Made by a program: the position numbers and the translations under genes. The notes under the pieces are model-generated. The model saw only the letters and a list, made by a program, of their open reading frames with translations. It did no database searches and was not told the DNA's origin. A stretch of DNA of 63,369 nt, counting the filler, from an uncultured Methanosarcinales archaeon (GTDB lineage: Archaea > Nanobdellota > Nanobdellia > Woesearchaeales > CAZKBD01): the NCBI GenBank assembly GCA_964550945.1. It is 4 parts of 3 records of this genome, joined end to end, with 100 filler letters (N's around TTAATTAATTAA, not from the genome) between each part and the next. Parts side by side here need not be neighbours in the genome. Positions count along the whole stretch, not along the records: positions 33,692 to 63,369 come from CAZKBD010000010.1; 3 more parts are not named here. The stretch is one strand, 5' to 3'. Below are positions 57,101 through 63,163 of this stretch, piece by piece (position 1 is the first letter of the stretch; each line of letters begins with the position of its first letter).

Positions 57101-59538
57101 ACAGCCAGAATAATTTTAGCATTTATAATGCTGGAGAAGGGCCATATAATTGGACAGTGAACTGTACAGATACTAATGGAAATATTGGAACTGCTAGTCC
57201 AAGGTTCTTCTATATTGACTTTACAAAGCCTTCAATTAATCTCAGCACACCATTGCAAAATGGCACCTATAATGTTACGGCTCTTGACTTCAATTTTACT
57301 GTATTTGATAATATGGATTTAGGATTGTTTTGTAATCTTACACTCAACAGCCAAATCAGATATGAGGCTCTTTTGGCAAATAATGGAAGTTTAGTTACCA
57401 GAACAATATCAAGCTTAACTGACGGGCTCTATTTATGGAATGTGACCTGTTATGACAATGCAACTAACACTAACACTAGCGAGACATGGAATTTCACGAT
57501 TGATACAATCCCTACATTGATTCTCAATGCACCGGCAAATGGAACTTGGAACAATACTGGAAATATAACCTTTTACTATACGCCTCAGGATGCAGTTGGC
57601 CTTACAAATTGCACTCTTATATTGAATTCAGCTGCCAATATTACCAACTCCACTATTCTTAACAACAGCATGAATAATATTACGCTTTATAATATGCCTG
57701 ACGGATTCTACAATTGGACAGTAAATTGCAGTGATACAAGTGGGAATATCGGAACAGCTGCTTTGCGATGGCTAAATATTGACAAAACAAAGCCTTCTAT
57801 TAACTTGCAAAAACCAGATGATGGCGCGACTTTAGTCAGCAGCATAGCACAATTTAACTGGACTGTTATTGACAACATGGATAATGAGCTTATGTGCGAC
57901 ATTATGGTAAATGACACTATTAATAATACAAGAACAATACTCTCATATAACAATACACTCAATAATTATACTATAAGCGGATTTACAGATGGATTATTCC
58001 TTTGGAATGTCAGCTGCCAGGATAATGCTACTAATTTTAACAGCAGCATAAGTTGGAACTACACTATTGCAGAGCCTCCTGCAGTTACTTTGGGGAATCC
58101 GCTGAACAACAGCTGGACTAAAAATAATAATGTTACCTTTTACTTCACACCTTATGACAATTCAGGCCAAATAGCAAACTGCACTGTTGTGCTTAATGGC
58201 ATGCTAAACCAAAGCAACACATCTATCATCTATGGGCAGCTGAATAACATAACAGCAAATAACCTTCTTGATAATAAATACAATTGGACTATCAACTGCA
58301 GCGATAGGCTAAGCAACACAGTGGTAAATTTGTCGACTAAAATATTATATGTAGACACTACTGAGCCAGCTATCAACCTAAATTTCCCGACAGAAGGATC
58401 TGCACTAAACTATGATGATGTTATTTTCAATTGGACTTCTATAGATAACCTGGCTCTAAACATGACATGCAATCTTACTCTGGATGGTGCTGTTAATGCC
58501 AGCAATATAACTTCTTTGAATGGCAGCTTTACTAATACTACTGTGAGGGATATACCGCTTGGAGCGCATCAATGGAATGCAAGCTGCTGGGATTTGCTCA
58601 ATAACACTAACACTAGCGTTACGATTAGCTTTAATATAAACGCTCCTGATTTGACTCTTAATGCTTCTGAAATAACATTTAATGATTCTAGCCCAATTGA
58701 AGGAAATAATGTCACTATTAATGCTACGATTTATAACCTAGGCGGGATCCCAGCAAACAACTTTGTTGTGCAATTTTATGATGGCATGCCTTCTCTAGGC
58801 TATCTTATAAAAAATGTTACTGTCAGCACACTAGCCAATGGAGGGAATGCTACAATTAGCGCTTATTGGATTGCCAGATTAGGGGTGCACCAGATATGGG
58901 TCATAATAGACCCTGATTATGCGGTTACTGAATTGAATGACAATAATAACAATGCAACTAACAATATTTCTATTTCAATGTGGCACGTAATTTATGGCCA
59001 GAACATTGGAGACTTGATGCTGCGTGATTTTGAAAACATTACTGTGTTCAAATGGAATGTTCTAAATGCAAGCGGAGGCAATATTTTTATTGCTGATTCT
59101 GAGAGCAGCATAGTCTGGAGCAATCTTTCTGCTGTTGGAAGAAATATAACCGGCACGCCAGCTCCTGATGACTTTATTAATCTTGATGGTATTCTGAACA
59201 CTAGCAATTATACTGATTCTGTTAATGATACTTTCACATATAACGGCGCATCAAAACAGCTTGCAAACTTCACTATGTTTACTTACGAGATATACAATGT
59301 TTCGATAATTAACAGCACAAACACTTCTAATTTCATAACCGGCATATTATGGGATATGAGCGATGAAAATAAGGGCGAGTTTAATGGAAGCCAAGACTTG
59401 ATTTTTGTTACAAAAATTAACCCACATAAACAAGGGGCTTATGGCTCTTATGATTACGAAATAAGAGTGCCATCTGAGCTTAAAAAGTACAAAACAACAG
59501 ACATTTACTCGGTTGTGTTTTATGTTGAACTAAAATGA
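42160..59538 (+). CDS. giant (~5,790 aa) secreted Ig-repeat surface glycoprotein / adhesin
   Basis: Signal peptide from ATG 42160; about 29 ~100-aa repeats (DxxxP.I.L..P...NCSL...G.YNW.VNC.D); two WWNTSW (DUF2341-like) domains; CARDB-like domain; conserved C-terminal domain; very dense N-x-S/T. Confidence 0.92.
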   Translation: MKCKKRFGLLVALSLVIVVLVTLLVSALYLDKREFLVGESVIINTSYLNSSGLRLDISSGNLTYSYFGSENEIEFIPNEEGHYFVELFNLSASNLADSTDFFVNTGNISTQIINKDTYTLGETVIINLGSFGEIEEILIRGGKNDYRFIGNTTSTLIFRPPAIGDYQINIISKNLSFQKSFSVVAEEQKSLFEITTDKKEYFVNELVNIYFNFIGNDSYELIIKSDANTYQFLGVPESPLKFIPKQHGEYRIELWSGFNLLAASLFSVKPEKAEETAKRISTDKKEYSFGDTVYITLEGNATELRIFNENNSYVFESPVNSISFVPKRAGLYTLTAVFYLGNVSEEEHIDFYVKEEEKKFDYFSLDNEAVIKIDLSDELEARKTIIDRIFGLSPIEQIRAYVENQTENKNFNLSIDKLQGSEFIINIKTNSNIEPGFYRLVVEAYIHGDLVVKTRDFQWGNIAEEVFENATITNEAAAEIEKQLKYNFLASEMAVITVDFTSEVNKPRTILEAALKRTKVDKISAYVEGEENNTNFNTYIEPIEFDKFSVKLSDKNLDPDVYNLIVVVKSDDAFYAKQVLFNWGLEGIEQIEERIKIKNKTTPLKEILDITKINATEGIIVENATNVSLANITNITGVIENITGTNISEAVITNLTAINLPINKSQKLINLSTKLISENETKNRFSIRDSAKAKKENFSLRFLKNGNPINELAENEKYDVEVELEAEKVKKILFKNLKIAQTLDLGIDSVSFEKPGIKNKKILKSYAIDSSQLNFTEATVIIMAQGTELYKCKDWSFAEQRCYGNWEKIMDIIPGQEYSFILTPGDPGYAETGVASVNTKKSVYHPGETAEIIIVVLDIAGHLVSNANVNLEISGPNGQKTYYSTSDMTVSETSRGIYESLFETGIEGNYSMIVHAERDLVNSTMHSYFTVRDYYEFDIIRNTPVTTDPWKGAFDSAVRIISFADVGIFNFTEILPGNFTITDSGGAIVASTSDSKILIWTNLDNNSVVSYSALPPFKTPELYSIGPSRVNYGSSEFIEFRPWYLAVDPEVTSFFDNFGTGTEPDAAKWTETGGLWDIVSGRGHAENCDPPGDQITSISIDLSQSLSANLSFAWEINGMDSGSECLYLDLYNRTTWITQVWSRCGANAAGTQVIDLAGYIGGNFQLRFDCQCDNPSDDAYVDNVNLTSFQAADTPPTWSNNLVNDSAIYQGEWVNFTVQFNDNLQLNYSIFSTNLSGRWANDSIVKFTAKPQNATNSTYINQTAGYVVGWRFYANDSIGQWNETSIFNFTVLGVSWNNKSQMSFGAVEAGSIKSFNSTIASYGSNTNAAVACFGNCSYFQSNWSTVAMTGNSLDIMINCSGSLAGTYSANYTLGSTQDKINDSIPVSCTIQDTAAPTVQLETPANNSFWQEGFNIDFNFNVSEIADLRNCTLIVNGRINKTNNTEILKSTAGQKITQTVGIGNYNWSINCTDVNGITGASYIYNLTVDQDLSAPTITIVFPLNGSSTNDNPVYLNITTNENATCKYNSTNSSFNFNVSGKLFTNTVNLLHSETLGSLAEENYAYYIKCNDTFGNINNNANQAYTNFTFDRAIPNVSLNFPANNSNYSISNVVFNWTAFDSYADNNLSCNLTINGLVNASNIGSLNNSPSNKTVYMNNGTYYWNVTCWDDAGNTNNSVYWVLNIDGDGPIIPSASVSSSPSVASAGSSIVITANVSDGYSNVSTVFVNITLHTSGTHYSYKMASIGQNQYSYTFTDTATVDIYDYTIWSNDTASPTINFGSSGLNSFEIAGIRTILSIQTLNKTYGQNNIVNISQNQKNHTANLESAGRTIFAYNSSGFKRYNYSNYLNEAQHAYYSQAAGANPPSSGPVITGEIEFTAAYYAASNFSDDSRVDAGPANDIKSHRFQFNITTDVSLIQNIVLFYEGHSTGGETIVLYVWDYSSLAWESLGSYSTAGVDWKASYTKSSSLSNYINSSGLLQMAVVTNTPASAERLRTDHVHLNVSWLNETDGEASSSFVNYTSIGSENYTKLTDINIDIITGHYNASGSIIAGNNYPDLEVQVFDGGQYSYNYSCSLNSTYSNGGTFDYNCTDQIVNKTILAAWANASNRMIRVRGINLDSEGAGQDMLNWSAVYVHLETPSKVENYGLLNLSGRLLLKIEKLNGTNWNTVNVLHNDSLNVAVNQSIDISSYWNDDNWTTDTRELGEYRAYSALTDSSGNVLQHQDGSYLNDSFIFNISYLKIEIQNPINGSTVDATGFWANISLNDSYYSSGGWCVFSMDNGANITMNNDSGRHFYNYTNYTTVAQHNITFYCNDTRNVITHAVTLFSATDQTSPTVNQMYPPNDADGLGSEITFKYNVSDLVSTIANCTVYVDEGSGGEIKQTNFSVSKDKEMNTTISGISTGEAHTWVVKCYDSSTNNNLGASSTRNFFAGTDSDPPSIGLGNPQDDDIRSNNDVTFFHYAYDASGIDNCTLILNQRANATNQSAVKLSFTVTDNNITLTDMPIGQYNWTVNCTDSSSWHNIGTYEPHRNLTIIQDTDYPAITLIWPQTSYTDSDGNIDFQFNVTDASSGITNCSVVINDTINSTDATISEGTTITIPVYNISQGDWNWYINCTDNSYQTNRNNSERRNFTITILQNLIVNVSTNQSSYQKGTEQNDTIYTLTRVTDQLGNALNSSVITDIISTNTTLQWWNTSWKRRKAIYLNETDGFNRDQYLIEVNVSGLAGFVTNCNWQLRIIENITTKFSEVPFQVLKGDNSTWCSVAFKANLTANKNEQTRYYAYYNYSGAANPNYNAVVIPGIRIYNYSNYGADGHRAYYSDNPSSGGPQPPSIGPALDGEVEFTSQQYNNIKTSDTTRAATSQVATERSFKFIINTTGNVSDMTNLSFYWQGYSEGSTSQPVILYLRNFTGSSWKQFGEHSTSAGDNTTQNWTNKGISDYINSTGQMVIAVVTADPTGGGDFFYTNYIYATTTIEARSNISSLGVVQEFINRSINDTGSDGIFGFNISSDGLDLGWYSAISRVSSTNYQNATNSTLFRIIADVTAPQVNLMSPVPSYSSTTGNITYEYNVSDWHSSIANCTLIINNNRNISNLTAITENSKLNFTLNSISNGDYTWNVNCTDNSANNNIGTGTSRAFSVQFDSRGPGINLLTPTNWWNDTNGAVNFTYNANDDYNNIANCSLVINGTINITRTNVPEGVTQDFGQWNLSSGDYYWYINCTDSSAANNMNQSLIRNFSVQIDTVAPSINILSPGITSQSTTGNVSFVFNVTDAISNIANCSIIFNGTINFTNSSVNKNTMQNYTIFNITNGLTLWNISCADNSENYNINITASRNLTVATDTDGPAIYLEDPPSDAQVTITDVFFKYNVSDLASGVVNCSLFINGSINWTNTSIQESRSQNFSIYSIANGDYVWWVNCTDDCTLNNNAMSEKRNLTIGLDTTPPVITLQYPPETGFNDTDGTATFRYKVNDYASDIANCSIIIDGKLNQTNSSYIYENKDNQNFTIANISNSTHTWQINCTDKAAIPNQGNSSIRIFLINLDFDGPAVALISPQNNSLDSDGHVTFSYNVSDAISDISNCSLIINNQLNRTNTSVVEGAALNFMLLNMSDGQYNWSVNCSDNSDSRNTNSSETRNLTVLIDNVPPAINLSSPANNTLDTDGIRIFYYNVSDYLTNITSCSLIFNGQAQKTNTSVREDIIQNFSMENIANGQYNWSVNCTDGSDNHNVNASEIRNFTVMVDITPPSVRLISPDNFTQDIDNNVFFVYNVSDYFPIANCSLIINGTLNWTNSSIQTNISQNFSIYNMPNGTYEWSINCTDTTETNNRNKSETRILIVEPDVTAPLINLEYPPQWLTDTDGDVYFNYNVSDFASGIANCSLVINGARNYTNSSIIEGISQNFSILGMANGNYSWQINCTDTSIRNNVGNSSIRNLTIGTDVTGPTVNLVSPSNNTITPDRTVIFGYTVYDTASSIRNCSLMINDIVNRTNTTVTNDENLVQTFTMQDMPEKSYIWRINCSDSANNFGYSTLYNFTINYPDLLNVLINATNQSYEEGSIVRFTTNTTDNATNQLNASLSVDIIQGNASFGWWNTSWRYRIPIFINSTNVSRIDRLIEQRINFTERLNSELSLQNSFDHKSVRVVELASNQSNEIPSQFNLDSDYNALTNAIGTTYWILNSTTQQNTIRYYYIYFETADNSKPGKNYSMPTLNFYGTSKTVSYNGGSITADKVAVNQSGGSFSLQFANGNELQGQDSIGYQGGGSIWNITLANTLLTNLHSTIVPFSIMTQGYLSANNSISVDTGSVVTKIRVNGNATLLADSNAEINYTIWFSGSEIFMKAQLYAYFGAGANDPASRYQNIWLAYLLDNETNWGAYLDNGVSMPFSRQHRYKNTQPGGNDNVYASSWYQENDTLGSINVYAENFKKNGAEQAKGVVIFDDGTQTAPESDSIGFNYNENQITAGTTYYINALMVFSTDGSTSRILSLREDIESQINITSYRAEKLINRTSGITTNGIFYNNWSSTNYSSGWYSAVASANITPFYKFGSDYALFEITADLIVPTINISTPEGWIKDANITFAYNPFDNNLMIANCTLVLNNAANITNSSVINSQWNYFYLYTMPQRTYNWSVNCTDEAGNKGNSSQKTIYVDYTKPSINLSYPNNSVTINTSLVEFNFTALDNMAVNLTCNLTLNGVNQGTVSATNGTLTNITQSLAQGTYLWNITCNDLAGNVNTSETRTFVIDTGPPIVTLVSPKSPNNWDKDGNITFIYTAADSSTISNCSLIIDGKLNWTNHSISNGGYNNFTATSMSSGRYNWTVNCSDAGAQIGTAAAELFYVDLIKPNITLSRPQQNATLNITTIEFNFTATDNLDTNLTCNLTLNGVVRHEAFQADNGSITSKAVSSLTDGFYLWNVTCVDNATQANTSETWNFTIDTVPTIALNNPDNNRWFSARNITFYYAPSDTVGLVNCSFILNSIVNQTNRTILNNSQNNFSIYNAGEGPYNWTVNCTDTNGNIGTASPRFFYIDFTKPSINLSTPLQNGTYNVTALDFNFTVFDNMDLGLFCNLTLNSQIRYEALLANNGSLVTRTISSLTDGLYLWNVTCYDNATNTNTSETWNFTIDTIPTLILNAPANGTWNNTGNITFYYTPQDAVGLTNCTLILNSAANITNSTILNNSMNNITLYNMPDGFYNWTVNCSDTSGNIGTAALRWLNIDKTKPSINLQKPDDGATLVSSIAQFNWTVIDNMDNELMCDIMVNDTINNTRTILSYNNTLNNYTISGFTDGLFLWNVSCQDNATNFNSSISWNYTIAEPPAVTLGNPLNNSWTKNNNVTFYFTPYDNSGQIANCTVVLNGMLNQSNTSIIYGQLNNITANNLLDNKYNWTINCSDRLSNTVVNLSTKILYVDTTEPAINLNFPTEGSALNYDDVIFNWTSIDNLALNMTCNLTLDGAVNASNITSLNGSFTNTTVRDIPLGAHQWNASCWDLLNNTNTSVTISFNINAPDLTLNASEITFNDSSPIEGNNVTINATIYNLGGIPANNFVVQFYDGMPSLGYLIKNVTVSTLANGGNATISAYWIARLGVHQIWVIIDPDYAVTELNDNNNNATNNISISMWHVIYGQNIGDLMLRDFENITVFKWNVLNASGGNIFIADSESSIVWSNLSAVGRNITGTPAPDDFINLDGILNTSNYTDSVNDTFTYNGASKQLANFTMFTYEIYNVSIINSTNTSNFITGILWDMSDENKGEFNGSQDLIFVTKINPHKQGAYGSYDYEIRVPSELKKYKTTDIYSVVFYVELK

Positions 59539-61730
59539 GAAAGAGCAGAATGACAATTATTGCAGCGATTTTCTTAGTTTTAATGCTTGCATTGGTAACT
59601 ACTACATTTGGTGATAGCCTGCCTGTTCCGCATAACATCAGAGGCAGGGTATTTAATGCGGACGGTGTTACTGGCGTTAATAATGGAATTCCAGTCACAA
59701 TAAATGAAACAAACAGCACTGACTATAAATACACCCAAGTATACAGCCCACCTTTTGAGCCAGGATGGTATGCTGCTACAATAAATGGCACTGATAATGA
59801 CACTATAATTGTTACTGCATGGAACAAAACACATTATGGCCGAAACACTACTACTTTAATCAGTGGCACAACTTACGCTAATATTGTTCTAAACACAACA
59901 AGGCCATCAGAAACAAATGTAACTGTAATATTGCCTTATAATGATAGCATAAGAAACGTAAGCACATATTTTAATGTAACTGCAATAATAGCTGCAATTG
60001 GAGGCCAAAATGCAGCTGGTTGTTCTGCAGAAATAATCTTTCATGGAGGCATATTAATCTTAGCTCCTGATGAGGCTGCAATACACTACTTGACTAATAT
60101 AAATCTTGGTTCTTCAAAAACAACAACATGGAATATTACAGGAACAGCTGAAGGCTCTGTAAATATAACTGTAAATGCTAGCTGCGATAGTGATAGCCTG
60201 AATTTTGAAGGACTTAATCGGTATACTATAAAAAATATAACATTAGAAGATAGAAATAACCCTGTTATTGAGCTAAAAAATCCGATAAATAACAGCTGGA
60301 TAAACAGAGCAAATGTCACTTTAGTTTATAATGTGTCTGACCCAAGCAATATTACTAACTGCAGCCTATATTGGAATAACAGGCTAAACCAAACAAATCC
60401 AAAACTACAAAAGGATATATTGCAGAATTTTACAGTTAATAATACCAGTGAAGGCAATTATAGCTGGTTTGTGTCTTGTTATGATAACTCTAGTTATTTA
60501 AACACAGCTAACAGTTCTGTTTGGTCAATAAAAATTGACTATACGCTGCCAAATGCCACTTTAATAAGCCCTGCTGATAATACGCACACTAGTAACAACA
60601 CCATCATATTCACATATAATGTTAGTGACTATAGCGGGATTGATAACTGCTCCTTGATATTAAATAATCTCACGTATATAACAAATAATACAATACTAAT
60701 TAATGAGACTCAAAATTTTACTGTTACAATAACAGGAGATTATTATAATTGGAGTATAAGTTGTATTGACAAGGCAAATAACACCGGGCTATCAGAAATT
60801 AGGAGTATCAATATAACAGATCCTGATCTGGCTGCCTATAACACTAGCATTATTTTTAGCCTTGACAACCCCACTGAAGGCCAATATGTGGTTATTGATG
60901 CAACTATTTTTAATATTGGAAATGACAATGCAACTAATGTTACTGTGCAATTCTTTGAAGATAGTGTAAATGGTGCACAAATAGGAAGCAATATAACAAT
61001 AAACCTTACAATTGGAGATAGTATTGTAGTAAACGTAACTTGGGGATCTAAAATCGGGCTATATTCAATAATTGTAGCTGTGGATTCTCCTGTAGATGCA
61101 AATGGCTCAATTATCGAGCTGAATGAGAGCAATAATCTGGCTAATAGGACTATCTTTATCTCTGCTTACCATATGTATTATGGGGATATAAACGCAAATA
61201 TAATTCTAGACAGCGCTTCAAATAGGTCTATGCTCATCTGGTTTGATGAGACTGGGATAGTTGGAAACATCTTTGTAATAGATTCAGATAGCATTGTTAA
61301 CTGGGGCAATCTGACAGCAGCAGGCCTAAACACCACAGGGGGCAATTCTAGTTATAGTGATTATGAAGAGATTGATGCTGCACTAAATCTAACAACCTAT
61401 ATTGATTCAATCAATAGTAGCTATACCAATCAAGGGTTTGCTAAACAAACAGATTCTTTTTCAGTTTTTGGCAGTAACATCAGCCAAGTTCCAACTATTA
61501 ACTCAACAAACAGCTCCAATTTCATAACCGGCATATTATGGGATATGAGCGATGAAAACAAAGGGGAGTATAACAGCAGCCAGGATTTGATATTTGTCAC
61601 TAAAATCAATTCCAATGCCCAAGGCAAATATGGAATTTATGATTACGAGATTAAAGTTCCATCTAATCTGAAGAGATATATTGCGCCGAATAATTATGAC
61701 AGCTTGACATTTTACACGGAGTTGAAATAA
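59535..61730 (+). CDS. secreted surface glycoprotein, short paralogue of the giant protein's C-terminus
   Basis: Signal peptide; two Ig repeats; CARDB-like domain (PDL...ELNESNN.A); NFITGILWDMSDENKGE...YDYEI.VP...FY.ELK; ATGA overlap. Confidence 0.9.
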   Translation: MRKSRMTIIAAIFLVLMLALVTTTFGDSLPVPHNIRGRVFNADGVTGVNNGIPVTINETNSTDYKYTQVYSPPFEPGWYAATINGTDNDTIIVTAWNKTHYGRNTTTLISGTTYANIVLNTTRPSETNVTVILPYNDSIRNVSTYFNVTAIIAAIGGQNAAGCSAEIIFHGGILILAPDEAAIHYLTNINLGSSKTTTWNITGTAEGSVNITVNASCDSDSLNFEGLNRYTIKNITLEDRNNPVIELKNPINNSWINRANVTLVYNVSDPSNITNCSLYWNNRLNQTNPKLQKDILQNFTVNNTSEGNYSWFVSCYDNSSYLNTANSSVWSIKIDYTLPNATLISPADNTHTSNNTIIFTYNVSDYSGIDNCSLILNNLTYITNNTILINETQNFTVTITGDYYNWSISCIDKANNTGLSEIRSINITDPDLAAYNTSIIFSLDNPTEGQYVVIDATIFNIGNDNATNVTVQFFEDSVNGAQIGSNITINLTIGDSIVVNVTWGSKIGLYSIIVAVDSPVDANGSIIELNESNNLANRTIFISAYHMYYGDINANIILDSASNRSMLIWFDETGIVGNIFVIDSDSIVNWGNLTAAGLNTTGGNSSYSDYEEIDAALNLTTYIDSINSSYTNQGFAKQTDSFSVFGSNISQVPTINSTNSSNFITGILWDMSDENKGEYNSSQDLIFVTKINSNAQGKYGIYDYEIKVPSNLKRYIAPNNYDSLTFYTELK

Positions 61731-61744
61731 AGATTCATGATTTC

Positions 61745-61870
61745 ATCACACTTGCGCCTGAGCCCCTCAGAAGAGGGGCTTTGGCGCCCCTTATATTTAT
61801 CCAGTTTTTGGATACGTCACATTTGCGCATTAGCCCTCATCTTAGGATGAGGGCCTTTTGCGCTTTTTTT
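61745..61870 (+). repeat. two related GC-rich hairpins (REP-like, possibly a terminator)
   Basis: agcccctc/gaggggct and gccctcatc/gatgagggc stems, each preceded by TCACAYTTGCGC; the second is followed by T7. Confidence 0.75.
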
Positions 61871-61948
61871 GTTCGGATATATCACTTTAAAATAATTACA
61901 AAATTATTTAAATGGAGGGACAAACTAAAAAGGTAAAGGGGGCAGGTA

Positions 61949-63163
61949 ATGGTAAAGGCATTAATTAAAGGTCTATTTACAAAAAAAGAGGGGAAAGATA
62001 AGGCAACTGAGGGCAAGAATTCTGAAGAGGTTCCTGATGAACTGCCTCCTTTAGCAGAAGAGCTGATGGAAAAATTGAGCTCAGGCTCTAAGGAAGAAAC
62101 AATAGAAAAGCCTAAAGAAGGGCAAAAAGAAGCAAAAATAGAACTACAAGAAGAAGAGCCGGAAGGCCAATCAGCACAAGAGCAAGATATTGGTGAAATA
62201 ATAGAGGATAAAGAAGAAGCTGGAAATCTGGGCAAGCCTGAAAAATTTGAGGGGCTGAAACCGATAAGTGCTAAAAAAGAGGATTATCCAAAAAAAGAAC
62301 CAAAAGAAGAGGAGATTGAAAAAGCAGCTGTTGAGCAACCTGAACCAGATGATGAAAAAAGCTTTTTTTCTGATATTCTGTCGATAACAAAGAACCAGGG
62401 AATCAGCGAGAAGATTCTTTCGCAGGATTTATACAAGAGGATGAAGGACTATTGGCATTACCACCCTAGCAGTTCCAGATTAAAAAATAAGGAAAAACTA
62501 GAGCAAGAGATATTATACGAGCTGGCTCAGCTAAAGAAGTTAGAGGAAAGATGGTTAACCCAGAAGAGATTCTTAGAGGAAGACCGAAGGATTCTTTTAG
62601 AAAAAGAAAGAGACATTAAAACAAACACAGAAAAGCTGCAAAAAGTCCTTAATCAATTGAAATTCTATAAAGATGTAGAGCCAAAACATTATTTTTGGCT
62701 GGAAAATGGCGCTATTGTGAAGAATATCCACGAATTGATGAACCTATTAGAAGTGATTGACAACGAGACGTTTAATAAGCATGTAAACAAAAGCAAAAAT
62801 GATTTTATCAATTGGGTGAGGAATTCTGTCGGAGAAAAGGAACTAGCAGAGAAGTTAGGCAAAGCAAAAACAAGAGAAGAGATGGCAGTAATTTTAGAGA
62901 ATGCCCTTTCAGGCGATATAGATTTAATAAGCCCTGAGAATTATTTTAGGATGGGCAACGGCATGGTAATAAAAGATTTAAGAGAATTGTTATCCGCTTT
63001 AAAGGACATCGACAATATAACCTTCCTGCACCATGTGAATCAAGACAGGAATGATTTCAGCAATTGGGCCAGATATGTCTTTAAAAATGATTATCTAGCT
63101 AAAAAATTAAAAGAAATTGCATCAAGGGAAGATGCGATAAAAGTTCTTGAGAGTTATTTATAG
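61949..63163 (+). CDS. acidic coiled-coil protein with two tandem DUF5752-like domains
   Basis: Two repeats YF..xNG..IK...EL...L..ID..TF..HVN...NDF.NW......LA.KL. Confidence 0.8.
   Translation: MVKALIKGLFTKKEGKDKATEGKNSEEVPDELPPLAEELMEKLSSGSKEETIEKPKEGQKEAKIELQEEEPEGQSAQEQDIGEIIEDKEEAGNLGKPEKFEGLKPISAKKEDYPKKEPKEEEIEKAAVEQPEPDDEKSFFSDILSITKNQGISEKILSQDLYKRMKDYWHYHPSSSRLKNKEKLEQEILYELAQLKKLEERWLTQKRFLEEDRRILLEKERDIKTNTEKLQKVLNQLKFYKDVEPKHYFWLENGAIVKNIHELMNLLEVIDNETFNKHVNKSKNDFINWVRNSVGEKELAEKLGKAKTREEMAVILENALSGDIDLISPENYFRMGNGMVIKDLRELLSALKDIDNITFLHHVNQDRNDFSNWARYVFKNDYLAKKLKEIASREDAIKVLESYL

Noticed and set aside
59329..61570. Possible diversity-generating retroelement TR/VR pair
   Set aside because: Both copies are coding, the match is short, mismatches are not adenine-specific, and there is no reverse transcriptase in the window.
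43881..61627. Many short antisense and alternate-frame ORFs here and throughout the track
   Set aside because: Shadows of well-supported genes, with no recognisable motifs.
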